DNA of 55,442 bases, filler included, from Ionaspis alba (Eukaryota): assembly GCA_964255285.1 (NCBI GenBank). It is 4 parts of 4 records of this genome, joined end to end, with 100 filler letters (N's around TTAATTAATTAA, not from the genome) between each part and the next. Parts side by side here need not be neighbours in the genome. Positions count along the whole stretch, not along the records: positions 13,902 to 27,702 come from CAXUUL010000449.1; 3 more parts are not named here. One strand, given 5' to 3'. How positions within the stretch are numbered: the stretch's first letter is position 1; the number at the start of each line of letters is the position of its first letter. The translations under genes and the position numbers were made by a program. Shown here piece by piece: positions 13,802 to 26,319 of the stretch. The notes under the pieces were generated by a model that saw only the letters and a program-made list of their open reading frames with translations, had not been told where the DNA came from and did no database searches.

Positions 13802-13901
13802 NNNNNNNNNNNNNNNNNNNNNNNNNNNNNNNNNNNNNNNNNNNNTTAATTAATTAANNNNNNNNNNNNNNNNNNNNNNNNNNNNNNNNNNNNNNNNNNN
13901 N
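13802..13901. other. Assembly gap with artificial TTAATTAATTAA six-frame-stop linker
   Basis: An identical 12-mer is centred in the N runs at 13846, 27747 and 41637. Confidence 0.95.
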
Positions 13902-13916
13902 TTTTAACCCCTCTCA

Positions 13917-15896
13917 TCAACACAACAACAACATCCCACCCGCAACCCCCACAATCGCCACAACACTCATCCCCCTCACCGGATTCCACAAGCCCGCCGC
14001 CCCACTCGTCTTACAAACAACCCCAGGCGTCGCAGAAGCGGACGCACTCCCCGTCGCCGTACTATCCGCCGGCGAAGACGACGTCATCGTCGTCGCCTTC
14101 TGCGGTGCCACCGGCGCAGTCGTCAATCCCAGAACTTGGGGTTGGATTTCCATGCCGGAGACCATAGGACACTGGATCGAATTGCAGGACTGAGCGAGCA
14201 TGGAGCCCGGGACGAAGGTGCCGACGAGCGACGAGTTCTTGAGGGCCGACCCGTCCTTGGCGACCGCTTCGGCGATCGTGTAGGCGTAGAATTCCGACTG
14301 ACTGGCCACGGTTTCGAAGCCGTTTTTTTTCGCGTTGCCGATTTGCGTCAGGTTGTCGGCGCTGGCCCCGCTGTAGAAGGTCCAGCTGTCGACTTCCGTT
14401 GCGCCGTTCCAGGATACGTAGTAAGTCGTTGCGGCTGTGTTATTGAGGGCGTAGGTGTAGAGGGCGGGTTGGTCGGCGGGTTTGGAGGTGAAGTTGAATT
14501 TGTAGGCGCGGTAGTGAAGGGCGCCGGTTTCGGCGAACCAGGCGGTCATGACGGGTGTGCCGTCTGCTGTGGACTCGGAGATGACGGCGTTGGAACCCCA
14601 GCCGATGAAGGCGTTGCCGTTGGGAAGGTATTGCATGTTGCCTTGACTGGCGGAGTGGAGACCATCGGCGCCATCGAGGAAGGCATTCGGAGCTCCGTAT
14701 TCCGTGAGAAGTGTGGCGTTCATGGTGCTGTTGTTGAGAGAGATGAGCTTGCCAGTGGAGACTTCTGAGGAGCCGTTGAAGCCGTTGAATGCGTTGTCGA
14801 AGATGGAAATCACGGTAGTGGTGCTGTTCTCGGATATGTACCTGCAGTCGTGCTGGTAGCTGAAGTTGAAACCCTGTATCTGGAACGAAGAGTTCTTTCC
14901 ACCCAGTTGCCAGATGATTGATCCATTGCTTCCCGAGATCTTATAGATGGTGTCTGTGTGTCGAGCAGATATCAGGTAGTCGCCTTCCGCATTCTTATCT
15001 ACAGCGTTGATGTGGCTGGATTGGAGAGTTAGCATATGAAATATTCATTCGAAGCTGGATAAACCTACAAGTAGTCCCATGGGGTGGACGGGGTCTTCCC
15101 ATCTCCAGACACGTCGGTCGTATTCGGTAGGACATATCCCGCTGAAGGGTCAACATGGTTGAGAGCACTCCATTCGAACAATACTTCGGAGCTCTTTGTA
15201 TCAACTTCTTGCATGATGTTTTCCATGATGAAGCCCTGACCATTGGAGACGTTGAACGAAGTCAGATCGTAAGGGAGAGGGCGAAAGACGGTCATTAACG
15301 CGCTCTTGCCTTTATTTATGACATTGAATTCGTGCAGGTCGGCGGCGGCCATGCCACCGCCAGCTCTGACCGACTTGACAGAGCTGAAGCTATCGTCCAT
15401 GATGAGGCCTTGTCCTCTTCCATAGCCTAACAGTTGTTGGCCTTGAAACATGCACAAGTGATCGGCACCTTCGTATGAACAGACATGGAAATCATGGCTG
15501 GCGCCAGGAGCGAGCCCGTAGCCACTCCAGACCAAGTTCTAGGACCGTAAGTGATGGTGTCATATAGAAGAACGGGTCCGACCTTACCCCAGTATTATCA
15601 AAGATGTATGGCCCTGGCTGGGCTATTTGGTAAGGCGCGATGAAAATGTATCCAGGACTTATGAGGCTGTCGTTGTGAAGGGTTATGTTGAGTACCGGAG
15701 GAGAGAGGTCAGGTCGCTGGTCTGGCTGTCAGTTTAATACTTCGAGAATCTTTGCCAAGCAGAAGACCAAGCTTCTCACCGAATAGAAGGGTGCAGCAAC
15801 AGGGAGCGACGTGTTGGTAACTTGGGAACTAGCCAAGGCCAATAGACGAGTAAATATAAGTGCTGATAGCGATCCCACGGCGGAGCGTGCTGCCAT
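13917..15896 (-). CDS. Secreted arylsulfotransferase (ASST)-domain protein with Ser/Thr/Ala-rich tail and probable GPI signal
   Basis: Hydrophobic N-terminus MAARSAVGSLSALIFTRLLALASSQ; ASST-like motifs DLHEFNV, WDYxHINAVDK, YLISARHT, FSYQHDCR, SQGNMQYLPNGNAFIGWG, YVSWNGATEV; hydrophobic C-terminus VVAIVGVAGGMLLLC; several short introns. Confidence 0.88.
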
Positions 15897-16961
15897 TACT
15901 GGCAAGCAGCTTTTCAATATTTACGGGAGGATAGGTAATGGTCGATAAGGACAGAGGAAAAGTAAGGAGTGATATGGTTAGGAATAGGAATGGATTAGGA
16001 GAGGTGAAGAGAAGGAAAAGAGAAAGACGTGGGAAATGAAGGTCGAGAGAGAGAAAAAGAGACAACTGGGAACTCTGCTAGTCCGGAATCTAAATGTCCA
16101 TCTCCCTCCCCTAGGTTGCAGTCAAAGAACCAGAGGCGTAGGATAGGGAGAAAGTCAATGAAAAAGGCTGACCCGAGAGCTAAGACCGGTTTTGGGCGGG
16201 TATGGGATTTGGAAATGAGGTACAAATTCCACCCGCCAGCACTAAAACACCATTGGGCACGCGAGCAGTGTGGCAGTTCGGCGCGATAACAAACCGCACT
16301 CGTGCCTTGTTTGCGACAAACAGTAAGAAGGCCCTTTTTCAAGGAATTTGCCCTGGCTTTGAATCATGCTTGGAAAACCAGGATCTTGTGGCTCAGTTGT
16401 ATTTTGGAACCCGGGAGTCTGCATTCGTAATCGCTGGAACGCTGACTGCATGATGCGATGCGGATGTATTGTCCTGTGGCAGAGAGCGTTTGCCAGATCC
16501 ATCGACTAGGGAATATGGCAAACCAATCATCGCTTCGCGGCTTCTTCCTATGGGCACATTGCGACGCTATTGGGATGAGGTGGCACAACAGTAGCACGGT
16601 AGTCTGTCTTCTGATTGCATGGTCATCGTGTGGCTGAGCAAATACAGCCACATCTAACGCTCGCCGAGTGGGATAGTGCGGTTCCCGGTTTGTGGGGAAT
16701 GGGCCAGAGATAACGGATAGATCGGGGTTTTGCGAGGACAAATCTGATAATAATGATACTAGGCATTGGCTCTACGTCATGCAGTTGTCGTAAGCTGCCT
16801 TACTCATTACAACGGTATATCATGAGGTAGCATGGAAGTACGTATCAGAACACCCACACCACACCATCGGGACGCGTGTCGGGGGCGTTCGAAGCAAGGC
16901 TTAGCGGTCAATTCATCTAACTATCCAATACTAGGGCATTGTACTTTTTGTCTAACCAGGA

Positions 16962-18166
16962 TTATCCATTGATATTGTCGAGCGGAGCCTCATCCTTGAC
17001 GAGTTCCCAGATCTCATCGATCCTTTTCACTGTCTTTTCGTCAAGCGGGCCAGCATCCAGGCTGTTCAACGTCTCTTCAAGCTGCTCTGGTCTTGTCGCT
17101 CCCAAAATAATCCCATCATCATGTTTAGCGCTCAAGAACGAGTTCCACGCGACCCAGCGATAGGCTAACGCGCCTTTGGAGACACCTGACTCCATGGAAA
17201 TCTTGTCCCATTCGTCCAAGGCTTGCATGAGGGTGGGTCTGTTATACAATCTGTGATACATGGCGCCAATCCCAGAGTTTGGATCCCAGCGACCTTCTGT
17301 GGCATTTCTGATGGATTCGGCTGTTTTGACCAGGAAGCCGCCTGCCAGTGGAGAGTAGGCATTGAAGGATATGCTCAGCTTCCGTAGAGTTGGGAAGAGA
17401 AGCTTTTCGGAGATGCGGGCTACCGGGTTGTAGTTTCCCTGGTAGACAGTAGGGAGAACGTAGCCTTTGGATGAACAGAGGTCATAGATTTTCTGCACGT
17501 CTTCGGGTTGGTAATTTGACAATCCGAACTGTAAGTAGAGTCAGCAATTGAGGTTGGTGTCTTTCAATGCGTGCAGATCTTGTCGGAACAGAGAGTCATT
17601 GGTGCAATGATACCTTTTTGAATTTGCCGGCTGTGTACAACTCCTGAATTGCCTCCAGTGTCTCCTCGATAGGGGTGTCCTTGTCTGGAGCATGGAGATA
17701 GTAAGTCTCGACCTACACAAAGTTAACCACGGTCTTAGGTGCCCATCAGGACTCTCTCTACGAATGCTAGGTCGATATCGATATGCATAATGACTTACAC
17801 TATCGACTTTCAGATCCTCAAGTGTCTTTCGAGCACCAGATAATATCGTCTCTTTCTTCAAAGACTTGGGAAAGAAGGCCGGTGCTTTGGTGTCAATGAG
17901 AAACCTCAGAGGTGCCCCAGACTCGCCAAGAGCCTTCTCACTGTCTGGCTGTATTCATGACATTTCAGCGAACTGCTCATTAGTTGACAGCAGCGGGACA
18001 CAATGCCACTGGGGGAAAGGGGAGTAGGCTACCATACGTATGAAGAAGCCGTATCAAGGTATTTAACGTCGTGTCTTTCAAGGATTGTTAGATACTCTTG
18101 TCTCTCCTTGGGAGTCCACGAAGGATAAGGGAAAGTCCCGAAGAGGATCTTGATTCTTTCTGCCAT
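16962..18166 (-). CDS. Aldo-keto reductase, aflatoxin B1 aldehyde reductase (AKR7)-like
   Basis: Spliced product has YLDTASSY (catalytic Asp/Tyr), IDTKAP (Lys), YYLHAPD (His), GLSNY, PTVYQGNYNP, AYSPLAGGFL and GIILGA; ATG at 18166. Confidence 0.9.
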
Positions 18167-19280
18167 TGAGATGTTGAACGACAATAGCAATGTCAGATAA
18201 AGAGACTAGATTAGGGCTTTTGCTGGAATCCACACGTATTAATGAGAAGGTAGTGACTGATGCAAAATAAGGGTACGAAACTGGAGATCGCTGAATGAAT
18301 ATATAGCGACATCGTCACACCACAACACCCGCACACAATGCACTATCAACTTAGTAATGAGATCATGCTTAGCAATATTCATGAAAGCTCGGATATCACA
18401 AAACGCCGACCCGCGTTGAAGGTAGCCCATCTCAAGGCCAACTTAATAGCAAGATCATGCTGGGAACCACTGGGATACCTGGCGATCGGGCTATTGAGTC
18501 CCCGTAACTCCGATCTCAAGCTGAGTAAAGATGGAGCCATTCTCTGTTGTGCAGCCATTTGTGAATTATGTAAAATGCATAAAATGTGTATTACGGCTGC
18601 TCCAAACAGTGAACGACTATATGTACTCCGACTCTGGATTTCATAACACTCTTACAGTCATGAGATAAAGATTGAAAGCCTCATGTTCGAAAATGTTTAT
18701 TACGATCACAAGTGGCTATGTAAGCTCGGCGGTTGGGAGAAGTTAATTCTCTACTAATAGGGTCTTATTCTTAACACTGTCCTTGAGTTGTACTTTGGAA
18801 GGAGGATGACTATGGGTTCAGATTGATTCTAAGACAAGATTGATATAGATGTCAATTATTCCCATCTTTTGGACAAGAGTTCCATGTTTCATTATTAGTT
18901 CACGACATTAGGTCATGAAGTGATAGCCGTAGACACATCAAAGCTCCTAACTAACGTACATAATGGGCGACACGATTACTCACGTCTCCGAATGCAACGC
19001 GCGTGTGGGGGTGATCGGCCGTTAATAGAAAACATGCCCTGGGTATGCCGAAGATGCAGCAGAGGACAGACACACTATTTAAACTTTTAGCAAGGCAGAA
19101 AAGATCATACAAAAGAAGTGAAGATCTTGGAATAACAAAGCTGCTCCTTCCTCGTAACCGTAACAAAGGGGTATGCAGGATTCATCTTCGCGTTGTTAGG
19201 CAAGAAAACCAAATCCGTCCAAATGACCGTCATGGTGCATCGCAATCGGCAGTGGTAGTGACTAGCGATGAGGCGCGGCT

Positions 19281-20290
19281 TTAGTTAGGGCAAGCGGCCT
19301 GGACATGTCCGGGCTGTTTGCACTTATAGCAGACGCGCTCAGATGACGCTTCCGACGGGCAGTCGCGACTCAGATGACCAACTTCACCGCCTATGAAATT
19401 GTGAGCTGTAGACCCTCACAAGTTATGATGTAGGACACTTACAGTTGTAGCACTTCTGGCCCTGGGTACAATCGCGCGACATATGTCCGTAACCGCCGCA
19501 CGAGTAGCAGGTCTGACCTCCAGCACCACCGCCGCGGCCACCCCCGTATCCGCCGCCATAGCCTCCACTCTGATATCCTCCACCATATCCACCGGCGCCA
19601 CCTTCAGTGCAGTTGCGAGCAATGTGTCCAACCTTGCCGCATTTGTAGCATTCCTGACCTCCTCCACCACCAGAGTATCCACCACCACCACGTCCGCCGA
19701 AGCCACCAGATCCTCCGGCTGCTTGGTTGGGGCAGTCACGAGAGATGTGGCCGGTCTCGCCGCAACGGTAGCAAGACTTCTCTTTCTGAGGCTCGGTGCA
19801 CTCGCGGCTCACATGACCTTCTCCGCCACAATTGTAGCAGGTTGGTGTACCGCGCTTCGGGCAGTCACGGGCTTGGTGCGAGCTGTCTCCGCCTTTGTGT
19901 AGGCATTAGCACCCGACCGAATACGCAATAAAAAAGAGGATAGAAAGCCAACGGGATATGGAACGATTATTCGATGAGAAAATAGTAAGAACGTCGTGAG
20001 GAAAACCGGTCTTCCGTCCTAACACATTCATGCTGGTGGTCTGCGTCACTCTACAAGACTGGCGCGTTCATGCCGCACAAACCAAGTCCAGACGCTTGAA
20101 AGATATCTGTAGGGACACAAGAAGACTCGGACATGAAAAGGGCATGAGATTGACAATCCCGTCACAAGAACGACAAGTTGTAGGAAGTAAATATATTGTA
20201 GGCGGATCATGGAACGTTGGTCTCGGTCGGAAAAGATAAGAGTAACTGACAGTTGTAGCAACCACGACCACCTGGAGCTTGGAAGTCCAT
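19281..20290 (-). CDS. GIS2: CNBP/GIS2/Byr3-type protein with seven CCHC zinc knuckles and an RGG linker
   Basis: Exon 20290-20251 [13 protein letters not shown], 358-nt intron (20250-19893), then repeated CYxCGxxGHxxRxC knuckles and Gly/Arg-rich linkers; last exon ends [13 protein letters not shown] at 19281. Confidence 0.92.
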
Positions 20291-20840
20291 ACTGGTATTT
20301 TTGGATGTATCTAGCTTTCCAATATGTCAGTCATGATTTATTTGCGCAGCACCGTTGCACAACGGCACCGAAGTCGGGGCAAGATGTCTGGTCAAGCGGG
20401 AGACCTCAAAATATAGGAAATTGGGGACAAACCTTGAGTGTTGAGAGTTTGGTATCTAAGCAAGTATGCTGGTGCAAGTTTGGGCAGTAGCGAAAGCTTG
20501 GTAGTGGTGTTGCAAAGTCGGTGTTGAAAGCGTGGATTATAACGGTCGTGAAGTTTTGAGATGATGAAAATCTGTTGTTGACTAAGCGATCGTGGGGGGC
20601 AAGGCTGACCAATGACCTGACTCGTGAGACGCGAAAAGCCGTTTGGTTCGCGAACAATACCTAACAGGTTTCTGAAGTTTATTAGGTGATTTGAAGTCAA
20701 GGACCATTGTTTCTTTGCGGAAACGGACTCTCGCAAATTGGCATGTCATGAGAGGCATTTCATGCTAATGGAGCCTTACATGCTACCGTATAAGAGGACC
20801 GCATACTTCCGTCTGAAAATTTGACATGCTTCTATTTTCT

Positions 20841-22560
20841 CTATGAGAAATCATATACCACCAAAGCTTGAGATCCAAGATCTGTCTGTTTTAGAACAAT
20901 GACCCTTTCTTCATCGAAACCAACCCAGCCCTTTGTAGTAGATGACTTGCCTAGACCATGCCTCCAGTTTTCCGCCACATAACTACCGTGGGAAGGGATG
21001 GGTTCAAGAGTTGTTTGGTCCATTGAGATTCTTTCCGGTCTTACTTGGACGCTTACTTCACCCATTCCTGCCCTTCGTTTTGAGGATCCGGAGTTGATGC
21101 CACCTTCGAGCTCCCAGACCCTGATCTCGTCTCCATGAGCACTTACTGATACAGCTTTGCCACGATCGCCTACGTGAGCACCGGATACCGAGGACGTATG
21201 TCCCCATAGTCTGATCCCGTTTCCAATGACAAGATCTGCCTCTGTTGACTGCACCAGATAGAGTGTCAAGGTGTTGTCCGGATGTGAAGCAAGTAGATAT
21301 GGATGACTGTATGACAAGGACGTTGGCCTCGTCAATGACGGGATGGAGCGGCTTTCAAACCCTTTCGCGTCTTTCTTGGGCGGTGAGTCAGAGTCTGACA
21401 GTGGAGTAGAAGATCCAGAGGTCGACTGGAACAGTGGAGTGAAGCCCTGATTTGCAGCAGAGGTCAAACGAGATAGTATTATGGTACCTCCAAGCGTCAG
21501 TCGAAGTTCCTGGAGACCGATAGACCAACCCGACAGATAATTTGGCAAAGCGTAGGCAACCGATGTGATGATTGTAGTCGAGGAGGCCCTGATTGACAAG
21601 GATAGTGGTGGCCAGGCTGTATGAGACTTCAACGAAGAGAGTAATCGTGGTAGCTCGGTGGTTTTGGTCCCAGACACTGCGGGTTGCTTCTCGGGGAAAG
21701 CATACAGTGACAGAAGCTGTGCTTCAGTCATCGTGACGAGGTATGGCGATGAAAAGCCAATGGCAGAAATGATGCCGTTGCTCGAGGGCGCATGGACATA
21801 TGCACGATGGAAGCGTTCTTCCAGTCTATTGAGAGTGTAGATACCAAATCTCCCGTCCTCAAAACCGACCGCGACATTGAGTATATTGGAACCATCCTTC
21901 GAATTATCCACTGCTAACGACGTGGGCGCGCTGGAGTCTCCAGCATGTTCATTGAGTGCCAGTGTAGCTAGCAAGCTTTGCGAACCTTTCATCAACCATG
22001 CCCTGAGACCGTGAGATCCGTCCGCAGTGATCACGATGTCCTCATGGAGCCGTACAAGCATAGGCGGTAACGATGGTCGTTCCGCAATCCGCAATTCACG
22101 GACATCGCAGCTTCCCCTCGACCAGTTATAGCGAAGTTTGTACTGCTTCTTCCAGTCTGTCTCTTTGCCCTTACGAACAAGATGCTCGTCGTCCAACCAC
22201 TTCGATACTTTAGACGAGTAGAGGAGGGAAGATGCAGATGTACTCTGATCCCGAATACCTGGAATTCTAGCTGCACGTGGCCGCACAAACCGAGTATAGT
22301 AGGCAGACTTCCATAGTTGAGAGTCTCCTGCGAGCTTGTAAAATCTATGGGAAAGTCTGCATGATCAGCATAAGAATCTTGCTTGATGGGACCAAGGAAT
22401 CCTCATACCGTTGGCAGATCACAAGGGTCTGGATGGGGAGGTATGATAATGTCCTCAAGATGAGCTCGTCGCTCAAGGATGAAAGCCGATCTTCGTCCTC
22501 ATATCGGAGGCGCTTGCTGTGCTGATGGTCATCTTCCTCTGACCTCGACCGCTTGACCAT
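20841..22560 (-). CDS. F-box protein with C-terminal WD40-like beta-propeller
   Basis: F-box LSSLSDELILRTLSYLPIQTLVICQR/LSHRFYKLAGDSQLWK (intron 22408-22357); WD-like segments LWGHTSSVSG and DEIRVWELE. Confidence 0.85.
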
Positions 22561-22670
22561 TATCTGGAGCACTCGAGGTGATGCTTGGACGGAAGACGAT
22601 GATTTCTCGGCATCACTATCGATACGGGCTTAGCTTGCTCGGAACAGACGAGCAGAAAAGCCTCGGCTGG

Positions 22671-22683
22671 TCGCGTCACGCGT
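22671..22683. promoter_or_regulatory. Tandem MCB (MluI cell-cycle box)-like elements TCGCGT-C-ACGCGT
   Basis: Perfect ACGCGT at 22678-22683 next to a CGCG core, in the ~230-bp divergent promoter about 110 bp upstream of the SAE2/Ctp1 ATG. Confidence 0.6.
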
Positions 22684-22792
22684 CAACCACGCAGTCTGCA
22701 TGCAAACGATCTTCGTATTCTATTCATAATGCCGAGCACAGCGAGTGAGCCGGTAGGCTCATGACTACAGCGTGTGAAGTAGTCATTAGGGC

Positions 22793-25618
22793 ATGGGCTT
22801 GATGGAGGCCTATAGGACATACAGAGCCGCACTAAAGGCTGGCTTTGACCAAGAATCAGATCGATTCGAAAAGATTTTACAGCACGAGCTATGTAAGAGT
22901 AAGCCAATACTTTCCTCCTATGTCGGATACTCCGACACCTATGAATGATACAATAAGAATCCTAATACTAAGCAAACAGGTGAAACGACTTTCTCAGCCG
23001 AGAAGGCAGAATTAGAGGCTCAATTAGACTCTCTCCGCGATCAGTCCAATCGATTAGAGGAAGAGAATAGATCTCTGCGTTCGAAGCTCGAACGTGCCGC
23101 TAGACGTACTCACAGTAATACAGATTTCCCTGTGGTTCCTGCGAATAATAGTACACCGGGCTCGAAGTCTGAGCACCAGAGCATAGACAATCCGCGAAGC
23201 TCTCTACCAGCGGTCGTATCAGAGGACCTTGAAGCTCTTCAACAGTCCCTCGAGAGAAAGAATCATGATTACGCTGTGCTCAAGGAGGCTCATACCTCGC
23301 TTACCAACAAGTTCAGAAAAGTGAAAAGGACCGTGGAGCAATGGATAAACTATGACTCAAGGACGCTGAACGATGCAGAGCCTGGCAATAGGCTCAATGG
23401 TGCTACGGAAGCAGATCGAGGCATTCAGACACCAAGTACGACACCTCTATCTACGACCAGGTCAAATCCGTCTCTCAAGTCAAAAAGTTTCAGCTCTAGT
23501 ACTGCGTCTAGCACGGTCGACATCAGCCGGTATCCTCCTATTCAACCAGGTCGTTCGAATTGTTCCGAATCCTCAAGCCTGGGCCATCCTTCTCACCAGG
23601 AACCAAATGAAAACCAGCCTCTCAATACATTCTCTCTGGGCGCGGGCAACTCAATTAGCAGAGCGGATGTCAATACTGTTACAAGTGCAGAATTAGGAAC
23701 GCATAAGAATTGGTCTCCGAATCTGATTAACCCGCTTACCGTAGGTCCCACAGCACATTCAGTGGGTCAGGCCAATACAAGATCTGAAAGCCCCGAGGTG
23801 GTCTCAGAGAGATGCCTCAAGAGAAAGCGAGCGTCGGGTAGCAGAATTGAGAACTCTGCTATTTACCAGGGCACTAAAGAGCTTAATGGAAGTGCGGCAA
23901 CGCCGGTTCGTGTGAAAAGTGAACATGGCTCTAGCAGCCCATTGATACCAGATGAATCACGCGGCACGGGTCTCATTCAGGATAGTCTTGACCTAGATGA
24001 GGTTGGGACTCGAATTACTACTCCAACGAAAAGGAGACGGGTACAAGACAATGTTGGCATACAAAATAGAAAGGCCTCGTTGGCGTTTTACAATATGAGA
24101 TGGAAGCCTGGGGTGGACGAATCTGCAAGCCTCGGCCACAATGCTTCCGAAGAGGCTTTCGAAACTTCTAGAGAAAGGAATTTTCAGAACCCTGGCCCCT
24201 CTTGTTCCGAGTCACGGGGACATGATCATGCTTCAATGCCATCTGAACGGTTGAAGAACGAGCAACACAGAACCTCCGAGGAAGATGTAGACTCGCACGC
24301 ACCTGACAGGCTTCGCGTACCTCAAAGGCCAAGTCTAGCACGTCGATCTCTGCACGATGAACGCGCCACAAACAGTTGGATAAGGAACGCTGTGAACCAG
24401 ATTCAGTCAAACTCGGCTGAGGAGATGGCACTGACCCGTACTAAGGATCGTACTTGGGTAACGTGTGGTGAGGCTATAGCAACGGATCTCATTCCCCAGC
24501 AACTAGAAACTCACATGTCCCCAGCCTATGTACCTGGTCCTATAAAGCCTCTGCAGCCTCTCACTCCTAATCCTCGGGTGCTTCCCAGGACTTCTGATCC
24601 CAAGCAGATCTCTAAGAAGAGCATCAAGCGTCGAGATCGCGGTCCTCCTTCTGTCTCCCTCTTTGCTGAGGATGGCGAGGAGTATAATGCAGAGGTCAGA
24701 CACAAACCTGAAGCTCTGGCACTGAAGGCAAAAATGGAAAGTTCAATATCAATCCAAAAGCCAGCTGATCCCTATCTTCGTCTCCAAGGACTTCTTACAG
24801 AGAAATCGCCGGAGAAGCCCATACTAGCCAAAAAGCCCACGAATATGTCAGCTCAAAGGCCTAGGCAACGTTTAGAAGGTTTCTTGAAGGGCATTGATGA
24901 GGGTTCGATATTCCAGACTCCAGAATTCAAAATAGTCAAACCCGGCGAAAAGGCGGCTCCATCTCCAATACTTGAGCTGAAGAGCAGAAAAGCCGCAAAC
25001 CCTATATCGTCCAACTCCTCGGAGAAGCCCTTATCGGCAACAAAGGGAGGGCTGAGAGCTCCAAAGGAGACTCCTTTGAGGAACCGCCCCCTCCATCAAT
25101 TGAGCGTGGATGACTTCAAGATCAATCCTGCATGTAATCAGGGCTATAACTACGCTTTCAGCGATGTTATTCGCAATCGCGATCAGCGAAAGTGTCTCCC
25201 GAACTGCACAAATCCTGGATGCTGCGGTGGTAAGTTTCGCAAGATGGTGGAAATCGGCGGCTTCCCCGCCTCTAGCGGTCGCAGGTTATGGGAAACCTCG
25301 TCAAAAGATGAGGAGGATCCGGATACGTCGATGCTTGAGGAGTTTCTGGGCGGAGACGCAAGGCATCTAACTACGGCGGAGAGGAACGAGTTACTTGTTC
25401 AGGCGAGGTCGAAGAAGTTCGCTGACCAGCACGGAAAGCACAGACATCTCAATGAGAGGGCTGCAAGTCCCCCTGGCTTCTGGCGGACGGATATGCCAAC
25501 TACGCAGGAGGAACAGGCGGACAGAGAAGAGGCTATAAGGCTAGAAAGGGCAAGGGTGGAAGAGCGGTTTCGAGAGGCTACACAAATTGGTGGGAGATGG
25601 CTGTTCAGAGATGAGTAA
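22793..25618 (+). CDS. SAE2: DNA end-resection factor SAE2/Ctp1/CtIP family
   Basis: C-terminal CLPNCTNPGCC, HGKHRH and SPPGFWRTDMP motifs; N-terminal coiled coil (EKAELEAQLDSLRDQSNRLEEENRSLRSKLE) joined through exon 22793-22892 and intron GTAAGA..CTAAT..CAG 22893-22979. Confidence 0.88.
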
Positions 25619-25960
25619 AGGCAAGGGTGGTTGGACATAGCGTCCGTGCTCTCACCGCTGGCATCTGCTTCGCTACTGCAGTAATGCCAGGCTGAATGAA
25701 AGTGCTCAGCTGCAACAATACAGTTCAAACATGGTAGTGCAGCAAGCTTGGTCTGTTCTCAATGAATTTATGGCTTCTGAGATATCGCTCTCTTTGCTCT
25801 GCCTGTAAATCGTTGGGCTACCCTTCCCTCGCACTTCGAAGCTCATTGCTGCTCCAGAAAACCTTCCTCCACCAACACCGAAATTCCACAACCTCACATC
25901 CCATTGGGAGATTGTTGCCTGAGGTCGCCGACCAACAATCGTCGATCCCGTGCCAAGATT

Positions 25961-25970
25961 ATCACGTGAC
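25961..25970. promoter_or_regulatory. Palindromic E-box ATCACGTGAC (bHLH/Cbf1-type site)
   Basis: Exact RTCACGTG match about 350 bp upstream of the VOC gene; a single short motif, so weak evidence. Confidence 0.3.
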
Positions 25971-26319
25971 TGCGCGAGGCGTTCGATAAAGCCGGAACGC
26001 GAGATCATGTCGAATCACGTCGTCCGTATACAGCCCATGTGAAACCACTGCATCCCCCCGCAGCTTACATTCCCTTCCCCAAATGCAGATTGTGAGTCAC
26101 TCCCGATGTAACATGCTTTTCTCGGTCTTCGGGATTTGATAAGTCTCCGCATTGGAATGTATAAAGGAATGGTTTTGGTCTGTATGTCTGACTATCGTCC
26201 TCTAGCTCAACTCCATACCACTACTACAAAGATACTGTTGAGATATCGAATTAATACTGAACATGTATGTGCCCAATGCCGTTGCCTTGCGTTGAGCAAT
26301 AGATTGACCATCTCATAGC

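Noticed and set aside
13846..13857. TTAATTAATTAA repeated three times in the window (also 27747, 41637)
   Set aside because: Always centred in N runs; an artificial contig linker with stops in six frames, not a biological repeat or target-site duplication.
14136..14768. 210-aa plus-strand ORF, and similar antisense ORFs at 19483-19902, 45561-46037, 47152-47778 and 51905-52417
   Set aside because: Shadow frames opposite well-supported genes with biased codon usage; no independent motifs.
22921..22937. Perfect 7-bp hairpin TGTCGGA-TAC-TCCGACA in the SAE2 first intron
   Set aside because: A single short inverted repeat is expected by chance in 55 kb.
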